Positions 49,070 to 60,476 of a stretch of 64,000 nt of DNA are shown in pieces; positions within the stretch are counted from its first letter, which is position 1, and the number at the start of each line of letters is the position of its first letter. The notes beneath the pieces were generated by a model. That model was given only the letters and a program-made list of their open reading frames with translations. It searched no databases and had not been told where the DNA came from. The translations under genes and the position numbers were made by a program. Source of the stretch: Fistulifera solaris (taxonomy: Eukaryota); assembly GCA_030295235.1 (NCBI GenBank), contig AP026162.1, positions 1 to 64,000 on the forward strand, in the 5' to 3' direction.

Positions 49070-49570
49070 CTACTCTTCCAAGTTGATTGACTTGCCAAAT
49101 CTCCCATACAATAATTGTTTCAGCTTTGCCTGTTCTGAACGAATCGCATCTTCTTCTTGTTGCAAAGCATCGACTTGTGCTTGATACTGCTCGACCAGTT
49201 TCTCACAATATTCTGTCGCCTCTTCCTCGGGAATCTCAAAAATGCCTCTCCCATGGTTAGAAGCACGTGCGTATTGCCCGAAATCATCATCAGTTCTGTG
49301 CTCGCATCGTCTAAGCTTTCTAGTTCTTTCTGCAACAAAAGCATGCAACAACATTTAATGTAAGATATTCCTTTTTCTGTACCCTTCGCGAAATAACAAG
49401 TACGAATTACTATACAGCTTCACGCGCACGCACCTGCAAGGACTCTTTCTTTGCCGTAAGGTATGCAATCGAGCATTTAAACGAGCAAATTGATTGATGT
49501 TGTTTTGATCTTCTCGTCGCACTTCAGAATCGTTTTCATCTTGGGGGTCGAGAACCGCCGCTGCTGACAT
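49070..49570 (-). CDS. PFDN4: Prefoldin subunit 4
   Basis: EVRREDQNNINQFARLN...LDDASTELMM...MGEAF...LKQLLYGRFGKSINLEE. One intron about 49330-49433 plus indels. Confidence 0.9.
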
Positions 49571-49927
49571 TTTGCTTCTTCTTGACTTATTAGGTTTCTT
49601 GCAGAATGATAAATGACATGAAACACAATGGAAAGCAACCTCGTTGATGCCTTTTGTAAGGTTAATAAAATAAAAAAAGGCAATGCGCGGCAATTTGTGA
49701 GCGATCGCGCCGGACACTGGCAAGACGAAAACTACATCAGGGCCGAGGAAACTAAACTAACCACACCTAAAGGATTATACGTCCTTAACCACACCTATCG
49801 TTAAACAATCTGTAGCTTATTATTAGACTACGGCACCTGAAGTTCGTCAAAAATCACAAGTAGCCTTTTATTCGTCGAAAAAATCATCACCATTCTATGT
49901 TCCATCATCGATCAACCGTCCTATTTC

Positions 49928-51533
49928 TTAACCAAAGAGGACGATTACCGACTCCACTGTCATGGCTATGGCCGACATCGCCACTACAATACCAATTGAA
50001 TACGCGATATAAGACGGCCTTTGATATCGCTTCATCAAAGCGGACATTATACTTTGACCCAGCAAGGCGGAGATAAAGCCAACCGCGAAGCACGCAGAAG
50101 CGTAATCGTACTGGAGAAAGCCATAAATGCTGTAACTCAAGGTCGCTGTCGCGCTGGTAAAAAGTATCATGGCCCCCGATGTCGCAGATGCAACAGAAGG
50201 GTGAACTCCTAGTTCCAGCATGAGTGGACCTTTCACAATACCACCACCTATTGTCGTTTCCGCAGGAGTGAGCGCTATTAAAAAACGAGTTGATGAAATA
50301 GGACACGCGAGTACACGTACCGATTCCGAACAAGCCGGCAACGATCCCTGCCAATATCGCGAACATTGGATAGTGAATTGTATTGGATTCATTCCAATCA
50401 ATATCGGATAAAATTGGTCCACCCAAAACGTGCAATCGATGCAGGATCGAGGATCGAGTCCATACACCAAATACTCCAATAATGGTCAATAATAGGATCT
50501 GATTGTACCAATAGCAATATTTTCCGCACCATGACTGTTGTTGAGTGCCTTTCTGTGCGGGTTGCCCATCTCCCGGTCCACCATTTAGCAGATTTAAAAC
50601 GGTGATAACGACAAATAGGGACATCATTTTGACCATTGCTTTCCAGATTTCAAATCGCAGCGGATTCGATCGTTGAAAAGTGACTGGAACTGTCATCTTT
50701 CCTCCCTCGCCGGGCGAAACAGTTAGAGCCCCATACGTGCCGTCGTCTGTTATTGTGATGAGCAAATCTGTTTCATCGTTGTATTCGGTGATTGTTGATG
50801 GTTGCTTCTCTAGCAGCAGACGACTCGTTTCTTTTGATACAATTGGTTGGCTTTTGATAATGTCTTGTATGCTGTCAGTGACAGTAGGGCCAAGAGAAAG
50901 CACGCCAACACAATTCCTGGCAAGTACGCATTCAATGCGGCCCCGATCAATGTCCCCGCCAGGGTAGGGGGTTCCAATTGCAACAGTAAATCCCAATCAA
51001 CACGCGGCCGTTTTGTTTTGTGCTGAGTGACACCATTGCCATTCGTTGTACTGTTATTTGTTTGCGAATGCTTTTCGTCGTCGTCCTCCGGATGTGTTTT
51101 GGAGATATTCAATAAGTTACTCGCGAGAGCGCCCCCAACACAGTAACGGATGATAAGGAAATCGCATGCTTCACAGGGAAATCGAGAATGAGAATATAAA
51201 TCGGTACTAGTATACCACCGCCCCCGATTCCACCTGATCGGAAGAGAAAGAGTGAGGAGAAAATAAAAAGCATCAACGGAGCTGCGACGAGTCGTCGGAC
51301 GTCGTACCTCCTGCCGCAATCAAAAGACCTAAAACAGCTAACAGTAATCCCCAGAAATCTTTTGTTTCTAAAGGGAAAAGTGGTGTCAATTGAACGCTTT
51401 CATCGATCATTATCAAGTGTCGATGATGTGATGGAATTTGTTCATGTCGTGTCATTGACAGTCCTACAATCAAAAGACACGCAAGCGCTCCGACGCCTGC
51501 AAACAATTGCAGCTTCTTCATGCTCGGTAGCAT
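49928..51533 (-). CDS. TauE/SafE (TSUP) family membrane transporter
   Basis: [63 protein letters not shown]. Introns near 51236-51307 and 50248-50320; several indels. Confidence 0.88.
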
Positions 51534-51832
51534 TCTTAAATGTGTCTAGAATTGAAATAGGAGAGAGAATGTTGATGCTGGTGAGTTGATTGATTCACGC
51601 CAGATTCATTTTATCGAGATGACGATGACATCAATGAGAGAAACCAAACGGACGAAATTTTTCTGAGGTGCGGGTCTCGTCGAACTTTCGATCGCGCGTG
51701 TGCTTGGCGTGTCTGTGCGAAGAAGTCCAAATTGTACTATCATGCAAAGTGTCCGTGATTTTCACCACGACTCCCTCATCGGCTGGATTTTAGAGACTAG
51801 TCATGAGTGACTTGCTGAAATCGCCGGCGGAT

Positions 51833-51844
51833 GCTTACGTCACG
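51833..51844 (+). promoter_or_regulatory. Candidate bZIP/CRE-like element GCTTACGTCACG
   Basis: 211 bp upstream of ATG 52055; identical to the element upstream of enolase. Confidence 0.45.
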
Positions 51845-52054
51845 CCTCCGCTTCGGAAAAACAAGATCGCTTTTTGCACAACGCGGCGGAAGATGACACG
51901 CAACACGCAACAAAGGACTTCGCTACAATTATCAACCGACGCACCAGTTTGTTGTAACTTACAGTAGTTGCTTTTTTCAAGCTGAACAGAAAAGCAAACA
52001 CAAGATTTTATTGTAAGAACCGACGCGTATTTACATCAATACAAGACATCACAC

Positions 52055-52693
52055 ATGGGACGATACTGCGCCGACTGCGGTTACTACCGCGACCCCGACG
52101 ACTTCTCAAACAACCAGTGGCGTAAAGGCTCCGGTGTTTCGCGTTGCTACAGCTGTGTTGACGGAGGCGGTTGCTCTCGTCGACGCTGTGCTGAATGTGG
52201 CTATAACAAGACCTCTGATGAGTACAGCGACAATCAGTGGTGGAAAGGAGAAGGAGTTTCCCGTTGCCGCGAATGCGTCAACACCCCGTACAGCTGTCAC
52301 GAGTGCGGTCGCACGTTTCAGAATCGCAATAACCTCGAAATGCACATGCAAGTTCATCGTCCTCGCAACGTTGCGTGTCCCATTTGTGGAGATCGTCGCT
52401 TCAAGTCGGGAGCGAACGCAGTTCAGCATGTGGAAAATGGTGGGTGTTCTCAATGCGGCGGAGGCGAGTACGCTCGGGAACAAATCTGGAAATTCGCTTC
52501 GAAGAAACGAGCCATGCATCGCTACATGACTGAGGTACCCATGCTTACCTACAATGGCGAATGCTATGATGAGATTCCTGATTATCCGTACCAGTGCCCC
52601 GATTGTTACGTCCAGTACCGCAATTTGAGTCAGTTGCTGCAGCATCAAGACCAAAAACACGGCGCCCGTCTCCCCATGTTGACGAATCGTTGA
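52055..52693 (+). CDS. Zinc-finger protein: two Stc1-like CxxC..SxNQWxK..RCxxC fingers plus three C2H2/C2HC fingers, paralog 1
   Basis: Intact 212-aa ORF; CADC..FSNNQWRKG..RCYSC, CAEC..YSDNQWWKG..RCREC, CHECGRTF..LEMHMQVH. Confidence 0.9.
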   Translation: MGRYCADCGYYRDPDDFSNNQWRKGSGVSRCYSCVDGGGCSRRRCAECGYNKTSDEYSDNQWWKGEGVSRCRECVNTPYSCHECGRTFQNRNNLEMHMQVHRPRNVACPICGDRRFKSGANAVQHVENGGCSQCGGGEYAREQIWKFASKKRAMHRYMTEVPMLTYNGECYDEIPDYPYQCPDCYVQYRNLSQLLQHQDQKHGARLPMLTNR

Positions 52694-53183
52694 ATCACGA
52701 CTAGGCAGGTTCGTTCTAGACAATGGATTTGCGGAAACTTAGAACAAGCAACGAGAGCGGGAATCTGGTCAACTATTTTACGCGCTTCCTTGCAAGTCTT
52801 TTTTTATCTTCCAAGCACCTATATGAAACCAAACAAAAAAGTCTATAAACATAAATTTAATAATGAATTTACTATTCTTAGCTTCGCAGGCGGATAGATT
52901 GTCATGATCGACGCCCCTAGCTAAAATTGCGAGCCAAAAGATACGCAAGTTAACAACTCTCTTGCGTAGAGTACTTGTGATTGTGACCTGTGGCGGACAT
53001 CGCGAAAAAGATACGAATGCCTTTACTTGTAGCCGCCCGACACGAGACTTTTGTAGGCCATTACGTTTTGAGTGAAGGATTTCTTGCATCTCGCTTATTC
53101 CCAGATGCTCTTGCGGTTTATTTACTGCGCAACTTACAAAAGAAAACTGAAGGTCAAACAAGAGAAACTTACTTTTATCAATT

Positions 53184-53825
53184 ACGAAGCGCATCTGCAT
53201 CGCCTGTGATTACTATTGCGAGCCCAACGAGTTCTCGAACAATCAATGGAACAAAGGACCCGGTCTTTCGCGTTGCATGGATTGCCTAGGCGGCGGTCGT
53301 CGTGTGTGTGCGAATTGCGGCTATCTGAAGTCATCCGCCTGCTACAGCGACAAGGAGTGGTGCAAAGGAGAAAGATCGAGTTGCAAGGAATGTGTCGACC
53401 CCAACTATCAGTACGAGATCCAGTGCAGTGAGTGCGATCGAGTTTTCAAGAGTCGCAACAACCTCGAAATGCACATGCAAGTTCATCGTCCCCGCAACAT
53501 TGCATGTCCTATCTGTGGAGACCGTCGCTTCAAATCAGGAGCGAATGCAGTGCAGCATGTAGAGAGTGGTGGGTGTTCACAATGCGGTGGAGGCGAGTCC
53601 GCTCGCAAACAGATTTCGCAATTTGCTTGTAAGAAGCAAGCAATGCGCCGCTTCCTGACCGAGGTACCCATGATCACGTACTACGGTGACAATCCTTACG
53701 GAGAAGTGCCGGACTATCCTTACAAGTGCCCAGATTGCTCGATTCACTACCGCAATCTCAGTCAATTGATGCAACATCAAGATCAAAAGCATGGTGACCG
53801 TCATCTTGTGTTGACGAATCTTTGA
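53184..53825 (+). CDS. Zinc-finger protein, tandem paralog 2; aligned start codon is ACG
   Basis: Colinear with paralog 1 along its whole length. First in-frame ATG is 53277, but homology extends to 53184. In-frame stop at 53148. Confidence 0.85.
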   Translation, partial: TKRICIACDYYCEPNEFSNNQWNKGPGLSRCMDCLGGGRRVCANCGYLKSSACYSDKEWCKGERSSCKECVDPNYQYEIQCSECDRVFKSRNNLEMHMQVHRPRNIACPICGDRRFKSGANAVQHVESGGCSQCGGGESARKQISQFACKKQAMRRFLTEVPMITYYGDNPYGEVPDYPYKCPDCSIHYRNLSQLMQHQDQKHGDRHLVLTNL

Positions 53826-54074
53826 GCGCGAATGCAGTACGTGTTCTCTATAAACCTTTTGTGAAGAATACCAAAGCGGAGGAATAGCTTAGGGCTGGAA
53901 GCATGTTGTTAGGCATTGTGCTTCTCCGAGTCTTCGAGGTCTTTAGTTTCTTGCAAGCTTAATCACTAATACTTCTTTGATATCTAAGGTATAGCACTAG
54001 AGCAACAGAATAACGAAGAGCGGAACGCGAATAAAATCAGCTCACCGCTCGCCGCTTGTCACGTTTCAACTCGA

Positions 54075-54629
54075 AGATCGTAGATCGTAGATCGGACAGC
54101 GTCAAGCGTCGAGCGTCAACCGATTAGTGAAGATGAAAGAGTTTGAAATAGCTGACTTTGTCTTCTCGTTTTGAACTTTATTATTCAAGGCATCTTTGTC
54201 TTCGGAAATATCGTCGTTGCATTAATTCCCAGTTCTTTGTCTTCGTATCCCATGTTCTATACATAAACCTGATATCTGCTGTAGGTAGAAAGTAGAAAGT
54301 GAATAAAGTTGACTAACTTATCTTGAATCTTACTGGTAAGATATAATAAAGCTCTAGACGTCCAAGATCCAAAATGCCTAAATCCTACTGTAAACAATCT
54401 GCTGTTGCTATGACTCGAAGATATAAAGCGCTATTCCCGAAGACTCGATGCGGGATGCGGAATGCGGAAAGCGGAATTTTGGCGTCTCGCCTTCTCTACA
54501 TTTTTTCATTACTTATAGACTACATCATTGAGTAGACTCAAGTCTCAAGTCTCAAATCTCAAATCATCTCAAGTTACAAGTAAGTAGTAAGTAGTCGAGA
54601 CTACAGATTTTTGACGTGAAAGGTGAAAA
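54075..54629. repeat. Second cluster of different 7-bp tandem duplications
   Basis: AGATCGT x~3, AGCGTCR x3, GTAGAAA x2, GATGCGG-like x4, CTCAAGT/CTCAAAT x4, AGTAAGT x2, GTGAAAR x2. Confidence 0.88.
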
Positions 54630-54858
54630 GGTGGAAGAGATATGGCACCTCAAACGTCGATGTCATCCAACTGTGAATGACTGATCGGTGAGTGCGGCGA
54701 GGAGCAAGACTGTTTCACGTCTCAACTTCGGAATCTTTTGATCTCGACGCAAAAAATCAATTTTCAATCCACATTGACCATCCTCCGTTCTTCCATTGTT
54801 TCCAAAGACGACCTTCCGTAACGAAGATTTTAAAAAAAATACCTTACTGGTATCAATC

Positions 54859-55098
54859 ATGGCACAAAGCAAAAATAGTAATTACTCTACTACAGTGATT
54901 TCGCCACAGCCCCTTTCGCTTCATCACCTCGCCATCTCCCAAACGATGACCCCAACTTTTCTTATACCACAACGAGAACATGCAAGCAGCGATCGACAAT
55001 TTCTTATCTCGATTATCGAGGAAGCATTACACATCACAGCTGATGTTGAACATCTCTTCGATCACTCGCCGCATATCCCTTCACATCCATCGCAATGA
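54859..55098 (+). CDS. Small orphan protein with LISIIEEALxITAD motif, copy 1 (79 aa)
   Basis: ATG ORF containing DRQFLISIIEEALHITAD, conserved with the ORF at 56277. Confidence 0.7.
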   Translation: MAQSKNSNYSTTVISPQPLSLHHLAISQTMTPTFLIPQREHASSDRQFLISIIEEALHITADVEHLFDHSPHIPSHPSQ

Positions 55099-56276
55099 GC
55101 AATACATGGCCTTCTTGTTGTCCTGGGGACCAAGCATTTGTAAACTAACGATAAAAAGCTACAAAAAAAGCAAGCAACTCAAAGCAAGTAGTCTATGTGA
55201 ATGTTGTTTTTTTTTCAAATTGTTTTGAAGGATTTGGAAGGTTGTATTACAAGTACGAGTTCGAGCTTCGAGCCTCGTGGTTATTGGGCCGAGGCTAGGT
55301 AGGCGCGGAAGGTGAAACATCGACTTCCCTCGTCCCAACGGCACTGTAGGATTTCTCAAGAAGTAAGGTGACTTCGAACTTCGAATTAATCAGAAATGGT
55401 CAGAAATGGCCTGAAGTCGGTACACTTGGAATGAGAATGACGCCAGTATAAGCGAGTTCCAAAAATGCGTTTCATTCTGTGAGAACGGCCTCGTCACTTT
55501 ATCACCTCCATCTTGCTGGATAGAAGAGGATGAAGATCTTTAATGATAAACTCTATCTCGTTTCCGTATGTACGCTCTATTCTTTAGTAAATAACTGGAA
55601 TCTGGACAGCTGAATACTACATATTATACGTTCTTGTGGAGACATGCTCTGAAGTTATAACTCGCAACGGCCTTGAGCCTTGAGCTTTGAATATAAAGTT
55701 GGCCCAAGGTAGGAATATCCACGGTTCAGATGATTATTCCGTCCAACTTCTCATCGAAGAAATAGAGATTTGAATCTTGGCTTCCTTCTGATGAGCTGGA
55801 TGAGCTACAATTTGTAGGCATTTATCTGCGATGTGTTCAATACGGTATCAGTAGTACGGTTTGTGCAACGTCACATCGTACATCGTACGGACATGCTCTA
55901 CTGCGATGAAATTCCTCCAAGAAAAGACTTCCCAACTCCAACTTGAGTAATAATGTTCTGATTCCTGGTTCTCCGATCAGTCACTTAGGTATTAGAACTT
56001 CGCGGGCAGCGAGACGCTAATTGCTAATTGTTCCATCTGTGAATCGCGTTTCGCCGCTGCGGCGAGGAAAACGGTCACGTCAATTAGACCTTTTGTACAA
56101 TCGAAGACCGAAGCCCTTTTGAATGAAACACTGGTACACGGACCTACTCTCAAGCTAGAGAGAGGAACCATCCGCATTTGCACCTAAGAACTGACACGTC
56201 CGCGATTTCAGTCCATATTTAGAAGCACCAAACTAATCAGCACCACTCCATCAGTATCAGCAACATCATCGTCAAC

Positions 56277-56489
56277 ATGAGGGGATGCAGGAACAACAGC
56301 AATCTTTTATCTTCGCCGACAGTGTTGGATGTGCTCGCGCAACAGCGCCTCACGTCAACGGAACCGGCGCCTCCTAGCGAACGTCCCTTCAACGATAAAC
56401 AGCGGCTCATCTCAATCATTGAAGAAGCCTTGAAGATTACAGCTGACACCGAAAAGTTCTTTGGCACATCTTCATCCTCGTCCCCTTGA
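56277..56489 (+). CDS. Small orphan protein with LISIIEEALxITAD motif, copy 2 (70 aa)
   Basis: ATG ORF containing DKQRLISIIEEALKITAD, with many synonymous differences from copy 1. Confidence 0.7.
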   Translation: MRGCRNNSNLLSSPTVLDVLAQQRLTSTEPAPPSERPFNDKQRLISIIEEALKITADTEKFFGTSSSSSP

Positions 56490-56628
56490 ACGCGTATTGG
56501 CAATTGCTTGCCCAAATGATAAATTTTGGTACAACATCGGTTGCAGCAGTGTAAAAACGCAACATTTAAACCCTTTTTGCACCACATTTGATGACTAGAC
56601 CCTATGACTTTACCTTAGTGCCTACTAA

Positions 56629-59600
56629 TTAGCGCATCGCTGAAGAAAGAAAGAGTGCCAAGGAAGTGGCAATTCCTGTATCCGTGCTTTTGATGGTCAT
56701 TTCCACCGATGACCCTGTCACTCGTCCATGAATGAGAACCAGTTGAGCACCCCCTATCATACCAGCAGCAATCCCTTCATTGGAAGCAGCAATGGCTTCG
56801 ACAGGATGTGCACCGACCTCTTCAAGTTTTGCGAGAAGTGCAGTCAAATTCATCGTAGTTTGAACTGATGTGGGTGTCGTGGCGGCGCAGTTTCCCCATT
56901 GTTGCCCGAATTGAGCTGTTGTGATCTGTAATGGGGCCATAGGAACGCCATTGTATTCGAACTTCGACGATGCTGCAGGAAATGATTCCAATGGCTCATC
57001 CTGCAAACCGCCCATCATACTTGCAAACGGATCATCCATCGTTGCGGCAGGGATAGGTGCTGGGGCTGGGACTGAAACTGGTTCGTCTTCGGTGTCGGAA
57101 ACAGTCTCTACAATGGCAAGCGATGCTGGTGCTACGTCAAAAGAATCGACAACTGGTCCTGGTGCCGGAGCGGGGGTGTCCCAGATCGACAAGTCCAATA
57201 AATCAACTTCGGGGGCCGAAGGAGCCGGTGGAGGAGGAGCAGCAGGCGTTGCAGGTACGGGAGCGGGGACAGGTAGCGACATAGCTGAAGGAACGGGAGC
57301 CGCTCCAGGGACAATTCCGCCAAAAAGGGCGGCGGCTTGTCGTTCGCGCTCCAATTGCTCAGCTGTCTTCTGAGGAAGTTCCGGAGCTTTCGGCGTCGAA
57401 ACTGATGTTTTTGAAGCTCCCCAAGAAGGTGCTGGCGCAGGGGTAGGAATGTGAGTTGTAGTTGGTGTTTGTGTGGACGCTGGTTGTGGGGCTTGTGACA
57501 GACCGCCCTTGCCCCATACATTCGCAACATTCCGAGTGTTCAAACTCAGTTGCGGCGTCGTATCGGCCTTTGGTTGCGAAATCATAGAACCTCCGCCACT
57601 ACCCGGAGGAAGACTAATGCTCTGTGCCGCACTTCGCAACTGTCCAGCGCCAGCCATTGCCATCATGGCCTGCGCGGGAGTTTGCGGCTTCTCGTAAGGA
57701 GTCATTTTGAAAGACGGCTCAGGTTGACTTGCACCGCCATACCCGTAACCATCATCGTCGTCATCGTCGTCGTCATAGATTGAAGCATCGTATGGCTGAG
57801 CGCCTTGATGCAAACATTGCTGAACGTATCCATCTAGAAAACTCAAGTTTGGATCGACCTGGACGTCTTCCGCAGAAGCGTCTACAGGGAAAAATCTCTG
57901 GCAATAACTGCGGACAATGCGTCAAAATAGTCTGAAATTCCAAGCAACGAGCTTGGAGATCCATGTCTTTAGATCGAGTATACTCGTCGATGACAGCTGC
58001 GGCAGCTGGTGGACAGGTACCTGCTTGGGCGACTAGTTTCATCACTGCCGTCACCAAACACTTGCGTGTTGTGATAGGTAAACTACGAGTCTCGGCCAAC
58101 TCACAAAGCTGTTCCAATAGCATATCGAGCGAGGTTTCGGCGCTCAGATAACCATATTCACCCAAGCACCAAGCCATTGTCTCTAACAAAATTTTGGGTA
58201 AAGCACCAGCATGCTCCGAGAATAGCTGCTTGACCATCATTTCGACTGCCGTTTGGCGCAAAAGCATGTCGCTCTCCTCATCATCGTCGCCCGTTCCTTC
58301 GGCCAGTAAGCTCATCAAGTTTTGAGCGACTTCCTGCTGTACGAGATCACCCGACACTCGAAGGAGTTGTGTGATAGTCTTGCAATACCATGCATTATTG
58401 GGCGCGTATCTCTCCGCAATTTTGCAAACGCGATCCGTCAACACTTGTTTCAGAAATAAGTCCGGGGTTTGACTTAAGAAATGAACCAACTTCTCTGAAA
58501 TAAATTCCACGTTGACAGGATTCGTCATGCGGTACAGCAAATCTAACGTTTTCACTTGTAGTGTTTCATCCGGATCTTCCAAGCAATCCATCACCGCCAA
58601 CTGGTGCTGCGCTGCGTACTTGGGATGCGATTCCACAATCATGGCTAGACCAGTGACACCCAAGTATTTCAGATTATTGGATCGACTCTGAATGAATCGG
58701 CTGATAGCTTCTGCAGCAGCATCCAACAATGCGGCATTGGGATAAATGGAGACGATAGTCTTGACACACTCGTATACCACTGCGTATCCTGCATTGATTC
58801 CTGAATCGGCTTTCTTCATCGCTTCATTCAATATTTCGTACATTCCTTGACTAGCAACTATGTCCGCTTGTCCAAGGATCCCCAAGATTCGAATTAACTT
58901 CATTTGCATCCACGGTGCAGGTAGTCGGTGATAATCGTATTCCGCCGGCAAACGTCGATCTCCAATTTGTTTCAAGATAGCCACCAAACTAGGAACAATG
59001 TGCTTGAAGAGAGCCTTGTTTTCCAAAGACAGACTCTCAATAACGTTCAATGTGCTCCCCATGACGGCCGGATCTTTGTCACACAATGCTTTCTCGACAT
59101 GCTTCTTCATTTCTTCTTGCGTGACGACTTCGGGCGCGAGTTGATAGAAACGCTGTAGACAAAGAATTGCCTTTTTTCGAATTGTAGCACTGTCATGAGA
59201 CAAGAGCTTGGTGACTTCACCGGCTACGGCAGGCACCATGTCGGATGTAATGATACTTGTACAAGCCAGAACACCACCACTGCACTCGAGTACATTGGGT
59301 GACGATAAGTCACGTTGCATTTGATTAACAAGCATGAAACGGAACTCATGATCCGGGGGTAAACACGCACCGCAGACTAGATAGCCGGTGCGCTTGTGGA
59401 AAAAGTGAAGAGGATGCCGCCATTTCTACCGCCTGCGGAATTAATAGGGTTGTGAGCAACGAGGAAGAACCTTGACTAAAGTGTTGCGCTTGTGCTGACT
59501 TACCCGAATCAAACCCCAGCTATTGTCATGACCCAACATGCTCACGTAGAGCAAGCGAACAAGAAATTCCTTCGCGAGTTTCTTGGGATTCGTAAAGGCC

Positions 59601-59764
59601 GCTTGAGGACCCGTTTGATTTGACGGAGGACTTTCCATTTTTTGTTTCAATCGCGCGACTTCCTTCGCAATGATGCGATCTTCTTCTTGCTTTGATTTGG
59701 ATTCTCCGATCGCCTTGAGAAGCTGGAAGAACTCACTCGATAAGTTTAAGCCTCCTGTCGCCAT
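56629..59764 (-). CDS. AP4E1: Adaptor protein complex AP-4 epsilon subunit
   Basis: LSSEFFQLLKAIGESKSKQEEDRII, MLVNQMQRDL, YDYHRLPAPWMQMKLIRIL, NLKYLG, DCLEDPDETL, ERYAPNNAWY. Intron about 59433-59503; frameshifts near 59402 and 57888. Confidence 0.93.
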
Positions 59765-60476
59765 GTTTGCTGCTGTTTTGTTTTATAAGGAATTGTAGTC
59801 GCACGCAACGGATATTTCTATATTACTCGAATTGTTGAAAGCTGTCGCGTCTTTTTGACACAAATTAACACGATCAATGCGATCTTTCTTTCGTTGCTTA
59901 AAGGCTGGAGATAAAGCGATTGCAAGAAAGGACTGAAAGCGTTTGCTGAATTATGTTTTACTTGTGAAGCAACGCAATAATGGTCATCATTCGTCGCGCG
60001 TCGTCTCGCCGCATCGCGATCGCAATAATCTATCGCCGCGCATAGCGACGAGTATTTTTCGCACCGCCCTATCACGGATTTTAGTATTGTTACAACGGTT
60101 TTGACAGGCAGTTGGGCTACCGCTACGATTATTCTTCAATTTTTGCTAGGGATAACTGTCAACCTTTTATAATTCATATCAGATGCTCACCTATTGCACT
60201 TTCCTCTAGCTTTGTTTAACATCTCATTACAGTCGTCACCAATCATAACACTCAATAGAAAAGCGTACCGATCGTTACATTAGACGATCATAATGAGGAA
60301 AAACTATTAAAGCCCAACGGAGTTGTCAGATTAAAATTTAGTAAAGCGAGTGCAACAGCAGAAGACAGTCCAACGAAAATGTTCAAATCAAAATGCGAAA
60401 CGGTTTATCTATGTAGTGCAACTGAATGTTCTTATCGTGTACAACGACCGCGATCTGCTAGTCGTCCTCAATTTCC

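Noticed and set aside
52106..52723. 205-aa antisense ORF over the zinc-finger gene
   Set aside because: Antisense shadow of a conserved sense gene; not maintained at full length in the tandem paralog.
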